A stretch of DNA of 58,330 bases, filler included, from Barthelona sp. PAP020 (taxonomy: Eukaryota), in the NCBI GenBank assembly GCA_040182905.1. It is 3 parts of 3 records of this genome, joined end to end, with 100 filler letters (N's around TTAATTAATTAA, not from the genome) between each part and the next. Parts side by side here need not be neighbours in the genome. Positions count along the whole stretch, not along the records: positions 1 to 19,402 come from JARQWU010000206.1; positions 19,503 to 38,886 come from JARQWU010000207.1; 1 more part is not named here. One strand, 5' to 3'. The notes below the pieces were generated by a model that was given only the letters and a program-made list of their open reading frames with translations, made no database searches and had not been told where the DNA came from. Of the stretch, positions 10,437 to 20,042 are shown in pieces (within the stretch, counting starts at the first letter, position 1; every line of letters begins with the position of its first letter). The position numbers and the translations under genes are program-made.

Positions 10437-12095
10437 TCAATCGTAATGGTAATATCCGTCTCCAATGAATTCACGGAGAATAGAGGTGCTATGGATATAT
10501 TTTTGAGACAAAGGCAAAAATTTATCAAGAATACCTAACAATCTTCTGGCTTCACCATAATAAGGTGAATCAGGCTTTATTTGTTGTAATAAAGGAACTG
10601 CAAAGACTTTAAGAACTGGCAATTCAAATGTGAGTGCTGAATTAAAAACAGCATCTGCTTGATTTTGGAAAGGATAAATGTGATTGTTTTCACCTCTCTT
10701 GACACTTGGCCAAAATTTAAACGTGAAGTCAGCAGAATGACCACGGAATTGAGCATCTCTTACCATACGACGAATAAGACGATTGTCAGTTGTGGCAATA
10801 CGAGAATGGTCATCAATATTCAATTGAGTCAGGGGAGAAATAAAGACTTTGAATTTTTGTTCAGGTTTGATGAGGGAAGTCAATCTGTCATTCAAGGCAT
10901 GAAGACCTTCCATGACAAGAATTCCATTATTTGGTAATCTTAGTTTCTTTCCATTAAATTCTCTAACACCAGCCTTAAAATTGAAATAAGGAGAATCAAT
11001 TTCTTCACCTTCGGATAACTTCTTGATGTGATCATTCAGTAGGGGAACATCTAAAGCTTCAACAGCCTCAAAATCATAATTTCCATCCTCATCTAAGGGA
11101 GTGTCAACACGATTAACATAATAGTTATCCATACAAAGAGTAACTGGAACATATCCCATGGCACGAAGGACAATGGATAATTTAAGAGAAAAAGTAGTCT
11201 TACCTGATGAGGAAGGACCAGCAATAAGGACAATTTTATGATCATTCGTGATTTTTGAGCAAATATTGTTTAATTGCTGTTGTTGACGAGTTTCACAAAC
11301 CATCACCAATTCTTTTGTCGCCTTTTCGCTTCTTAAAGTTTCATTAAGTTGTCCAACACAGTTGACACAAATATTTTGTGCCCAAAGACGGTGTTCAAAA
11401 TAGCGTTGATATAATAATGGATTATCTTCAAATTCAGAAAGCTTTGAAGGACTTCTAGTGGAAGGGTAATGAACGAGTAAACCATGTCCATAGCATGAAA
11501 GGTCGAAATGTGAAATACAACCAGTTGATGGACATAATGAACAAGTCCAAAGTGAAGAAAACCCTAAGCAAGTATTGACAAACACACGTGCATCATTGGA
11601 GGATCTAATCAATTCATACGTGTTAGTTTGTGTCTTAAAATATTTAAGTGCGTCTTCATATGAAAATACAGAGCGTAATATTGGGGCATTCAAACTAATA
11701 ATCCGTTGCATTTCAATTTTAAGCGATCTTACTTCTTCTTCTGAGATCAATTCCATTCCATGAAAATAAAATAAAAGTGAGTGACCCATTGTATGTGATA
11801 CAACCAAACGTCTTTCAGGGAAGATATTAGCGGCAGCCATGCACAACAAAAATGTGACTGTTCGACGATAAACAAAACTACCAACTGAAGAATCAGCAAA
11901 GATTGGTACAACTTTTGAATTAACATCAAGCCTATCATGCAAAGATAAAACTTCATTATTAACAAAAACAGCCAACATAGGTAATTCAATATTCTTGAAT
12001 TCGGGGACATTCATAACATCAGACAAAATAACACCTGCAGGATATACTAATTGTTCATTACTGGGATAAGTAACAGTTATAAGACTAGATTGCAT
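10437..12095 (-). CDS. Threonyl-tRNA synthetase N-terminal-like domain / uridine kinase fusion (bacterial-type nucleoside kinase)
   Basis: N-terminal TGS/ThrRS-editing-like region (AVFVNNEVLSL...YRRTVTFLL). P-loop LIAGPSSSGKTTF, then DNRLIRRMVRD, WPSVKRGE..HIYPFQNQADAVFNSAL and SILREFIG. Likely ATG 12095. Confidence 0.88.
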   Translation of the reverse strand: MQSSLITVTYPSNEQLVYPAGVILSDVMNVPEFKNIELPMLAVFVNNEVLSLHDRLDVNSKVVPIFADSSVGSFVYRRTVTFLLCMAAANIFPERRLVVSHTMGHSLLFYFHGMELISEEEVRSLKIEMQRIISLNAPILRSVFSYEDALKYFKTQTNTYELIRSSNDARVFVNTCLGFSSLWTCSLCPSTGCISHFDLSCYGHGLLVHYPSTRSPSKLSEFEDNPLLYQRYFEHRLWAQNICVNCVGQLNETLRSEKATKELVMVCETRQQQQLNNICSKITNDHKIVLIAGPSSSGKTTFSLKLSIVLRAMGYVPVTLCMDNYYVNRVDTPLDEDGNYDFEAVEALDVPLLNDHIKKLSEGEEIDSPYFNFKAGVREFNGKKLRLPNNGILVMEGLHALNDRLTSLIKPEQKFKVFISPLTQLNIDDHSRIATTDNRLIRRMVRDAQFRGHSADFTFKFWPSVKRGENNHIYPFQNQADAVFNSALTFELPVLKVFAVPLLQQIKPDSPYYGEARRLLGILDKFLPLSQKYIHSTSILREFIGDGYYHYD

Positions 12096-12170
12096 AACAA
12101 AATATAAAATTAAAAAAAATGTTTTTTTCTTCACAAAATTAGAGGTGAATTTTTTTCGTTAACTGTTCCA

Positions 12171-13436
12171 ATGCAAAACACATCAAAACTAACAAAAGAT
12201 GAATTAGAAGAATTGTTAGGTTATTATGAACAGTTTTTTGGACAAATTCCAAATTATGCCGTGAATCAAGAATTATTTCAAAAATATTTACGAACTAAAG
12301 GGAAACGAACAAAAAATATAAATAATTCCAATTTTGATTGGACAAAATATAGAAAAAGGCATATTGCTTTGCGATTCTTCTATTTGGGGGAAAAATTTCA
12401 GGGTTTTGCTTCACAACCTAATATTCCATCTACTGTTGAGAATGTTTTATTGGAATCTTTAATAACTACGTGTTTAATACCTTCGAAAGACTATTCTGAT
12501 ATTCATTTCAGTCGTTGTGGAAGAACTGACAAATTTGTTTCTGCTTTTGATCAAGTTGTTGCTTTATATGTTCGAACTAATTTAAAGAATGGTTTAGGTG
12601 TGATAAATCCAGATTTAGATGAACCAAATGGCAATGAACAAGATGAAATTGATTTTTGTGGACGTTTGAATCGTGTGTTACCTCCTTGGTTACAAGTATA
12701 TGCTTGGGCACCAGTTGATATTGGGTTTTCTGCCAGATTCAGCTGTATTGGTAGAACTTATCGATACTTTTTCAATGGTAATGGTCTTCAAATAAATAAA
12801 ATGATAGAAGCAAGTGAAAAACTAATTGGAGAACATGATTTTCGAAATTTTTGCAAAATGGATGTGGAGAACGTCACCCATTTTGATCGCACTTTGTATA
12901 ATTTCAATATAGAACAAGTTAACAATGATTTATTTCAAGCAATCATCGTTGGGAATAGTTTTCTTTACAGACAAGTTAGATGTATGATGGGTATTCTATT
13001 TTTGATAGGAAAAGGTGATGAAGACTCATCAATTATTGAAGAATTGCTTGATGTTGAAAAGAATCCCAGAAAACCAATGTATGATGCGGCTTCGCCATAT
13101 CCTTTAGTCCTTTATAAATGTCATTTTGAACCTGATTTGTTGAATTGGAATATTGCTGATGCAAGCATGAAATTTTTAATTGACCATATAAACAGTTGTT
13201 CTGATAGTCTAATCAATTCTTCTTATGTTTGGAGCAGTTATTTGAATGATATTCATGAATTGAAGGATGTCAAAATCATTGAATCCAGCAAAAAAATGAA
13301 GCAAAAGAAATATGTCAAATTGATGCAAAGAAAGAAGGAATTAACTTATGAAGAGCGTGTCTCGAAAACCCCTAAAGCCCGTGAATGGATTGATAATAAA
13401 GATGCTAAGAAGTCTCCTGATGTTAAAGATGAATAA
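12171..13436 (+). CDS. PUS3: tRNA pseudouridine(38/39) synthase, TruA family (Pus3/Deg1-like)
   Basis: RHIALRFFYLG..FQGFASQ, catalytic SRCGRTDKFVSA, FSARFSC..RTYRYFF, GEHDFRNFCKMD, SFLYRQVRCMM. Confidence 0.92.
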   Translation: MQNTSKLTKDELEELLGYYEQFFGQIPNYAVNQELFQKYLRTKGKRTKNINNSNFDWTKYRKRHIALRFFYLGEKFQGFASQPNIPSTVENVLLESLITTCLIPSKDYSDIHFSRCGRTDKFVSAFDQVVALYVRTNLKNGLGVINPDLDEPNGNEQDEIDFCGRLNRVLPPWLQVYAWAPVDIGFSARFSCIGRTYRYFFNGNGLQINKMIEASEKLIGEHDFRNFCKMDVENVTHFDRTLYNFNIEQVNNDLFQAIIVGNSFLYRQVRCMMGILFLIGKGDEDSSIIEELLDVEKNPRKPMYDAASPYPLVLYKCHFEPDLLNWNIADASMKFLIDHINSCSDSLINSSYVWSSYLNDIHELKDVKIIESSKKMKQKKYVKLMQRKKELTYEERVSKTPKAREWIDNKDAKKSPDVKDE

Positions 13437-13502
13437 ATGAAAGTTTTGTTTCTTTTCTTTTTTGACTCTTCAGTTGTTTTTGTGTTTCATTATTTTTTAT
13501 TG

Positions 13503-14399
13503 ATGATTATTGAGGATTTATTAAATTTAGTATTTGAATTTGCACCAAAAGAAATTAGTGAGAAATGGGATAATGTTGGTTTACAATTTGGTGATAAAAA
13601 TGATGAAATCAAAGGAATTTTAGTTGCTCTTGATTTAAGGGAAGAGACTATTGATGAAGCCATCAGATTAAATTGCAATTTGATTGTTACTCACCATCCT
13701 TCAATATTTTCTCCTATAAAGAACATCACTACTGATTCTTTAGTGGGAAGAAAGATTGTAAAATGTCTGCGTAATTCGATTTCACATGTTGCTTTTCACA
13801 CAAATTTGGATAGTTGTGTTGGTGGTATTACTGATTTTATTTGTACTTTGTATGGGATATTTAATCAAAAACCTCTACTTTCTGTTGACAATCAAGAAGC
13901 TTTGGTTCTTTCAAATGGACCTGTTGAAAATTTTGATTCAAAATGTTTATTTTCTTTCAATGGAATAGATTTGTACATTTCAAAGTCAGAGAATGGTAGT
14001 TATATAAAGCCTGGAATCGCACGAATTTTTGAATGGAATTTTGGTTTTGAAGAATTCACCAAAAAGACAATGGAGGTTTTCGGTTTCAACACTCTTTGTC
14101 CCATCGTTAACTTAAATAAGGCATCAGAGTTGAAAGATACATTCACAGTTTGCATTTGCAATGGTTCAGGAATGTCACTTGTAAAGGATGTATTGGGAAA
14201 AGCTGACATATATGTTACTGGGGATGTCAAATATCATGAAGCTTGTGATGCTGAAGAAGAAGGGCTAATAATTTTTGATGTAGGACATTGGAAATCTGAG
14301 AATCTTTATATGCCTGTTTTTGCAGATTTTTTGAGGAAAAGAACAGACACCACCATATGTTTGTCCAAAAAGACCCAATCTCCCTTCAATTTATTGTAG
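13503..14399 (+). CDS. NIF3/YbgI dinuclear metal-centre protein (GTP cyclohydrolase 1 type 2 homolog), bacterial-type
   Basis: WDNVGLQFG, LIVTHHP, HTNLD, YVTGDVKYHEA, DVGHWKSE. Likely ATG 13503 (MIIEDLL), which follows a T-tract. Confidence 0.9.
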   Translation: MIIEDLLNLVFEFAPKEISEKWDNVGLQFGDKNDEIKGILVALDLREETIDEAIRLNCNLIVTHHPSIFSPIKNITTDSLVGRKIVKCLRNSISHVAFHTNLDSCVGGITDFICTLYGIFNQKPLLSVDNQEALVLSNGPVENFDSKCLFSFNGIDLYISKSENGSYIKPGIARIFEWNFGFEEFTKKTMEVFGFNTLCPIVNLNKASELKDTFTVCICNGSGMSLVKDVLGKADIYVTGDVKYHEACDAEEEGLIIFDVGHWKSENLYMPVFADFLRKRTDTTICLSKKTQSPFNLL

Positions 14400-14457
14400 A
14401 AATATAAATTTATCGTGGTTGTTTATCATTTTACAGGACAAGAAAAAAAATTCAACT

Positions 14458-14973
14458 TTATATCGACAATTGCTTTGTACATACAGACATATTCAAATCA
14501 AAGCCTTTCATTTCCTTTTCATTCTCTGTCAAACCATAATATTCTTCAATGGAAAGAGAATCATTGAATTGGTTGATTAACAAAAAAGGATCACTAATCA
14601 TATCATCCAATTGTTCTTGAGAAAAGAACAAAGAATTAATATCTAGAGAATCAGAAATGTCAATTGCGATTGCATTTTCTTCAACTTTGTATATATCTTC
14701 ATTATTTAAATAAAATTTCAAAACAGCTTGATTGAAAGAACTTTGAGGACTAAAATGTTTACAAATCAAAACATGTAAAGGATATTTGGTTTCATTTTTG
14801 ATGAATTCATCAATAGCAGCTTCAATAGCAGTCAGTAAATGCAATTTGGAGTGAATGAACTGAGGCTTCAACATTATCACATTTCTTATTTCAATCTTTT
14901 CATCCAATGGTAATTTAATTCCTCCAATACGTATAGTATAATTTGGATATAAAATTGAAGCAATCGATTGCAT
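14458..14973 (-). CDS. CGI121: KEOPS complex subunit Cgi121/TPRKB-like
   Basis: 171 aa; 'FIHSKLHLLTAIEAA...LHVLICKHFSPQSSFNQAVLKF' follows the Cgi121 pattern (I.S..HLL.A...A ... LH.EI...LSP...I..A...F). Confidence 0.6.
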   Translation of the reverse strand: MQSIASILYPNYTIRIGGIKLPLDEKIEIRNVIMLKPQFIHSKLHLLTAIEAAIDEFIKNETKYPLHVLICKHFSPQSSFNQAVLKFYLNNEDIYKVEENAIAIDISDSLDINSLFFSQEQLDDMISDPFLLINQFNDSLSIEEYYGLTENEKEMKGFDLNMSVCTKQLSI

Positions 14974-15099
14974 ATTATACTTTTAAAAAAAATAATTAAT
15001 GACAATATACCAATTTTATTTCTGTTACTTGATAAAAAAAAGACAAATAGTGTTTAAAAGTTGGTTGAATGAAAAAAAAAACAGACTAGAATAATAAAA

Positions 15100-15537
15100 T
15101 TAAATAGTTTCATCAAATTCCACTTTAATTATTCTTGTAGCTATTTTATCAATAGTATCTCTTCTGCCATCCCAGATTTGTAAAGCAGTGACAACTTTGG
15201 GAGACATTAAATCAGGTATTTGCACACCTTGTTTTGCCAAATTAATGTCTCTTTCAGTCTGCATCAATACGGCTTGATATTTAACGGTATTGCTTTTTGA
15301 AGATAAAGCGATGAATTGAAGATTTCTTTGGGCCCAATCTCTGGATATTATTTGTAATTGATCATAATCAAAGACCTCTTGGTCATATTGTTTAATATAA
15401 TTTTGAAACCATTTCATTCTTTCAACAAATGGATCAATTTTTCTCTTTCGACTATTTTTCTTTTGTAAACGAACAAATTCTTTTCTAATTTTTTTAGCTT
15501 TTCTACTCTCTGGATGAAGTGAATTCGAAGGAGGCAT
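15100..15537 (-). CDS. TMA16: Translation machinery-associated protein 16-like
   Basis: HPESRKAKK N-terminal motif, ERMKWFQ, GVQIPDL....V..LQIWDG. ATG 15537. Confidence 0.8.
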   Translation of the reverse strand: MPPSNSLHPESRKAKKIRKEFVRLQKKNSRKRKIDPFVERMKWFQNYIKQYDQEVFDYDQLQIISRDWAQRNLQFIALSSKSNTVKYQAVLMQTERDINLAKQGVQIPDLMSPKVVTALQIWDGRRDTIDKIATRIIKVEFDETI

Positions 15538-15613
15538 TTTTGTTAATTTCTGAACCAATAAAAATTCAATAGAAGGAAAAAAATTGGACTTTTTTTTTTT
15601 GGATCAGATCATT

Positions 15614-17488
15614 ATGGATGACAATGAAATACCTTTTGATTTAAATCTTGATTTACCTCCACCAAAAAAACAAAAAAAACAACTCAAAATTTTTCGAATT
15701 GTGAAAGCTCTTTCCAGACAATTAATTCCTCCTTTATTTTGCTTGAAAAAAAATCAAATTAATGGCGATTCACCTTTATCTGAAGAAGAAAAGAAAAATA
15801 TTCCTGAGATTGTCAAAGCTGTTTTTGTACAAGACATGGAGAGATTAATTAAAGCGTGGCGTAATGATCCAAACTGTATATTTACTTTGTATGATGGTAG
15901 ATATCCTATTCATTATGCTTGTACTACTGATAATTTTGAAGCAATAAAAAAGTTACTTGAATGGGGCGTGTCTCCGATTGAATTAGACAAGAATCACGGA
16001 GGGTCACCCCTACATCATGCTGTAAATTCTCGTGGAACTAGATGTTTAGAATACCTCTTGTCTTTAGATATTGATTGTAATCCAAAAGATCAGGACGAAA
16101 TTACACCTTTAATTCTCGCTATTCGAAGTAATGATTATAAATCTGTATATCATTTGATTAAAGCGGGTGTTCCAATTGATGGGTTATATTTCAATGATAT
16201 CAAACAGCCTCTTGTAACCATAGCAATTTTGGCTCGCTCAACTGATGCGTTACGTATATTATTGGAGAATGGTGCTGATCCCAATCAATTGGACGATGGA
16301 TTTGGGCAAAATTGTAAATCTCCACCCCTTACTTGGGCGTGCAGGATACATTTCGAACCTGGTATTCGATTACTATTGCAATACGAAGCTGATTGTGATT
16401 GTGTTGATCACATGGGAGTCACGCCATTGCATGTATCGGTTTTGAAGAAGTATGCGATGCCTTCTAATCTTTTGTTGGAGGCTGGAGCTGATGTGACGAT
16501 TAAAGACAAGACTGGCGTTTCACCAATTGAATTAGCAAAGTTAGTTGGCTTTAGGTCGTTTTTGCGGGCTGTAAAGAGTGGTACGAAATTGTACCAACAT
16601 AATAAGAATTGGACATTTAGCTTTAGTTTCCTTTTTCCATTTTTATGTTTTATTTATGCTTATTATTTAAGTGGATATGGCTATTTTTGGAGTACCATTC
16701 TTTTGACCATATTAGCACTTATTTCCATTTATTTTGTTGGAAGGGTTCACTTTGCTGATCCTGGTGTAGTGAAACAAGCCCCGATTGCTTCATCTGCTGT
16801 TCCTTTTGATCAACAATATTGTGCTACATGTCAAAAGCCAAGGCCTATTCGTTCAAAGCATTGCCCATTGTGTGGAGTTTGCGTTAACCGATTTGATCAT
16901 CATTGTCCATGGATTGCCAATTGTGTTGGAGAAGGAAATTATCATTTTTTCTATTGGTGTGTATTTTGGATCTCTATTACCGCTATTTATATTGTGTTAT
17001 TGGCTATTATTACTTCTTGTCAAAGATATCACTCTTTTTTTGGATATTTGCATATTTTGGATTTATTCACAATTTGTATGAGTTCATTTGGAGGAGGTTT
17101 TGCTATTTCCATGGTTTTAAGTCATCAAAAGGTTGCTGGACAAGGATTTACCACCAATGAAATGGCTAATTTCATGAGATATACACAATATCACACTAAT
17201 TTTGATGAAACCGGTTTAATAGTAGCTGAAAACCCTTATAGTTATGGTTCTAATAGAATACAGAGGAGAATCATGTTTCATAAGCTGGAACCCTCTTACA
17301 ATAAGTATTTATCTTTAGATAATTATCTGAAAGATAAACCCAGGATTGAAAACATTCTATTTGGTGTTTTATACAATGATAAGAGTCGTCTTGCCAAAGC
17401 TGAGGCAATGAAACATGATAAAACCTTTAATTTGAAAAATGATGATGCGGATTATGAAAGTGATAAAGAATTGGATGTAGTCTTTTGA
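15614..17488 (+). CDS. Ankyrin-repeat DHHC palmitoyltransferase (Akr1/ZDHHC13/17-like)
   Basis: About 6 ankyrin repeats (YPIHYA, SPLHHA, TPLILA, TPLHVS), TM helices, DPG, CATC..PRPIRSKHC..C..CVNRFDHHCPWIANCVG and TTNE. Confidence 0.93.
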   Translation: MDDNEIPFDLNLDLPPPKKQKKQLKIFRIVKALSRQLIPPLFCLKKNQINGDSPLSEEEKKNIPEIVKAVFVQDMERLIKAWRNDPNCIFTLYDGRYPIHYACTTDNFEAIKKLLEWGVSPIELDKNHGGSPLHHAVNSRGTRCLEYLLSLDIDCNPKDQDEITPLILAIRSNDYKSVYHLIKAGVPIDGLYFNDIKQPLVTIAILARSTDALRILLENGADPNQLDDGFGQNCKSPPLTWACRIHFEPGIRLLLQYEADCDCVDHMGVTPLHVSVLKKYAMPSNLLLEAGADVTIKDKTGVSPIELAKLVGFRSFLRAVKSGTKLYQHNKNWTFSFSFLFPFLCFIYAYYLSGYGYFWSTILLTILALISIYFVGRVHFADPGVVKQAPIASSAVPFDQQYCATCQKPRPIRSKHCPLCGVCVNRFDHHCPWIANCVGEGNYHFFYWCVFWISITAIYIVLLAIITSCQRYHSFFGYLHILDLFTICMSSFGGGFAISMVLSHQKVAGQGFTTNEMANFMRYTQYHTNFDETGLIVAENPYSYGSNRIQRRIMFHKLEPSYNKYLSLDNYLKDKPRIENILFGVLYNDKSRLAKAEAMKHDKTFNLKNDDADYESDKELDVVF

Positions 17489-18487
17489 TATTTATGAATA
17501 AATTATTTATTTGGCTTTATTTTTCCGTTAATTCAAATTTTTTTTGTCCACACTTGTTATTAAAAAAAGAAAGATACTTCATTCTTCATCAATTAAAAAC
17601 GAAACAGAAGGCGCAAAGAAGAAATTTTCTATTGTTGCTTTTGAAAAGCTTAATTTTTACTTGAAACTCCTCTAAATGCAGTAAATATTTTATATAAATT
17701 TTGGGGAGTATATTAGTTAAATAGCTCAACAATTCTGAAGGGCTTTAGAAGTCAAAATTATTAAAGATTTGTGAAAATTTGCCGGACTTTTAAAAAATCA
17801 ATTGATCAATTCTCATTAAATTGGCGAAAAAATTGGGAGAGGTCAATTTTAATTTCCTTGATGAATACATGACTGTAGAACCGAAAGAACAACCTCTTGA
17901 TGCTCGACTCCTTAATTTTAATGGCCCTCAATCACCATGAACATAATGCTTGGAAAGCCTTCATTCACACAACACTTTACTGTTGTCCATAATAACAAAT
18001 GGTAAAAACCGATATTCAGTTGTTATGTGATGTTTTTACTTATTATTGATGCAGTGATAATACTTTGAATAAATTTTGTGTGAGTATTTTGTTTTTGTTT
18101 TAATTTTTAACAGGATTTAACAATTTATTGTTTTTTGAAAAATTAATGATCAAATTTTTAAATCATCATTAAAATTTATAAATTTTGTAACAATAAATGC
18201 TGTGGAAAAAGAACTGAAATAGCATCAAGGAAATGAAAAACTCTGTGACTTTTTTCAATCCAATGTAGACACCATTTCTGCTTGGCTCAACAACAGGGAG
18301 TGACTATTTTTGCAGTTTAAATCTTCCAAAAAGAATGAATAGACTTCAAGGAACACTTTGAATAAATCTTTTTAAGGATAATACAATTTTGAAAATGATG
18401 AAAAACCCCAATTATTTCCATGGGAATGAAGGATAATAAAAACAGTGGCTATTTGGTTAATAGCGTTCGAATCCCGACTAATTGGAC

Positions 18488-18979
18488 AGAATCTTTATTT
18501 CCAAGCCAAGAAGCACTGTGCATATGAGTGAATAAAAAAGAATAGTGTTTATTTGGTTAAAGGCTTTCGAGGCCCGATTGATCTGTTGAAAAACTTTAGA
18601 TTTTCTAAAGTAAAGTTTAGACTTTAATATTTTGCTTTTTCAAAAATACAAAAAAATGGGAATGGAAAATTTTTACAAAATTTTCATTCTTGATGAGCAA
18701 GATTCAATTGCAGCCACTCATTTTCTGTGGCTGAGATTTAATGAAATGAGTTTTCTTTGATTACTTTTTCTTTCTAAATAAATATAGTTGTTTCACAACT
18801 TGACCAATTTCAGTCAAAATCTCAGGGAGGAATTGAGGGACTAAAAAGGAAATTTTTCATTACTTTAACTTATAAAATCTAAAATATTTCAACAGATCAA
18901 TTGCCTCGAAAGCCTTTAACCAAATAAACACTATTCTATTTTGTTTTTTTATACACACAGTGCTTCTTGCCTTGAAAAT
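18488..18979. mobile_element. Foldback/MITE-like element, copy B: full arm (18488-18807) plus inverted, internally deleted arm (18808-18979)
   Basis: Left end TTTCCAAGCCAAGAAGCACTGTG...; right end ...CACAGTGCTTCTTGCCTTGAAAA. TTTGGTTAAAGGCTTTCGAGGC near the left end is mirrored by GCCTCGAAAGCCTTTAACCAAA near the right end. Confidence 0.8.
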
Positions 18980-19089
18980 CATGTGTTTTATATGAAACAA
19001 TATCCAATTATTTCAAATCTTTATACCAAACCTGATTATATATAGAAATTATGTATATCAGCTTTTATTTCCAGAAAGTAAGAACAAGA

Positions 19090-19162
19090 GGTTCCGTAGC
19101 ACAGTCGGTAGTGCATTGGACTGTTAATCCAAAGGTCATGGGTTCGAGCCCCATCGGAACCG
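19090..19162 (+). tRNA. tRNA-Asn(GTT)
   Basis: GGTTCCG/CGGAACC acceptor stem, anticodon arm TTGGA-CTGTTAA-TCCAA, T arm ATGGG-TTCGAGC-CCCAT, discriminator G, then a TTTTT Pol III terminator. 73 nt, no intron. Confidence 0.97.
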
Positions 19163-19189
19163 AGTTTTTCTTTTCCAAAAGGAAGAAAC

Positions 19190-19402
19190 AGGATCGAGTC
19201 TGTAAAGTTCACGTTAGACGAAAGGGCAAAATTAAAGGCTTTAATTAATATTTACTAACTGGGGTTGGGGAAATTACTCCATGGTATCTTTGCTTTCACC
19301 CGACAATAATAATAAATGTTTATAAAGATCTTTATTGTTCTCGGTTAGAGTTTGGGGGTACTTGCAACTGAGTCGTTTTGCGTGGATGGTTCAGAACACT
19401 CT
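19190..19402 (+). repeat. tRNA-downstream repeat, copy 1 (runs into the assembly gap)
   Basis: Imperfect reverse complement of 19503-19708, with identical core ATATTTACTAACTGGGGTTGGGGAAATTACTCCATGGTATCTTTGCT. Confidence 0.9.
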
Positions 19403-19502
19403 NNNNNNNNNNNNNNNNNNNNNNNNNNNNNNNNNNNNNNNNNNNNTTAATTAATTAANNNNNNNNNNNNNNNNNNNNNNNNNNNNNNNNNNNNNNNNNN
19501 NN
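19403..19502. other. Artificial assembly linker (44 N + TTAATTAATTAA + 44 N)
   Basis: Exactly 100 nt with a stop-in-all-frames spacer; the same construct occurs at 38887-38986. Confidence 0.95.
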
Positions 19503-19708
19503 TGAACCAATCTACGCACAACAGACCAGTGACAAGTAACCCAAACTCTAACCTTGAACAGTAAAAGCTTTTATCAAATGTTTATTATTTTGTCGAGTGA
19601 ACAGCAAAGATACCATGGAGTAATTTCCCCAACCCCAGTTAGTAAATATAAATTAAAGCCTTTAATTTTGTTCTTTCGTCTAACGTGAATTTCTGAAGAC
19701 TCGATCCT
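19503..19708 (-). repeat. tRNA-downstream repeat, copy 2 (runs into the assembly gap)
   Basis: Minus strand begins AGGATCGAGTCT like copy 1 and aligns through ...GGTTAGAGTTTGGG...TGGTTCA. Confidence 0.9.
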
Positions 19709-19733
19709 CAAGCTGTTAGAAATTCTTCAAAAA

Positions 19734-19806
19734 TGATCTTGCCGGGTTTCGATCCCGGGACCACCTGCGTGTTAGGCAGGCACTCTCCCAACTGAGCTAC
19801 AAGATC
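19734..19806 (-). tRNA. tRNA-Val(AAC)
   Basis: Minus strand GATCTTG-TA-GCTCAGTTGGGAGAGT-G-CCTGC-CTAACAC-GCAGG-TGGTC-CCGGG-ATCGAAA-CCCGG-CAAGATC-A, followed by TTTTT. 73 nt. Confidence 0.95.
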
Positions 19807-20042
19807 CTGTAACTTATACGAAGTGGTTTTATGTCAGAAAGAAATAGATAGTATTGAAAATCTTTTTTCTTTTTCTTTTGATGAATAAGAATTCTTTTTT
19901 TCTGCTAAAAAGGTAAAAAAATTGTTATTTCAAAAAAGAAATACTGATTTGTTTTAGAATAAATAGATATGTTTTGCAAATTTTACTTATTTGTTTATTG
20001 GTTAAAAAATGTGGTAAAATTAAGAAAATACTGTCTTTCTTT

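Noticed and set aside
13431..13503. Operon-like TAA-ATG junction between Pus3 and NIF3
   Set aside because: The 22 residues from ATG 13437 are T-rich intergenic-type sequence (MKVLFLFFF...); NIF3 homology starts at ATG 13503.
19260..19270. TGGGGTTGGGG resembling the ciliate telomere repeat
   Set aside because: Fewer than two full units, embedded in a dispersed repeat; not a telomeric array.
19447..19458. TTAATTAATTAA palindrome between N runs (also at 38931-38942)
   Set aside because: Identical 100-nt construct at both gaps with stops in all frames. It is an assembly linker, and adjacency across it is unproven.
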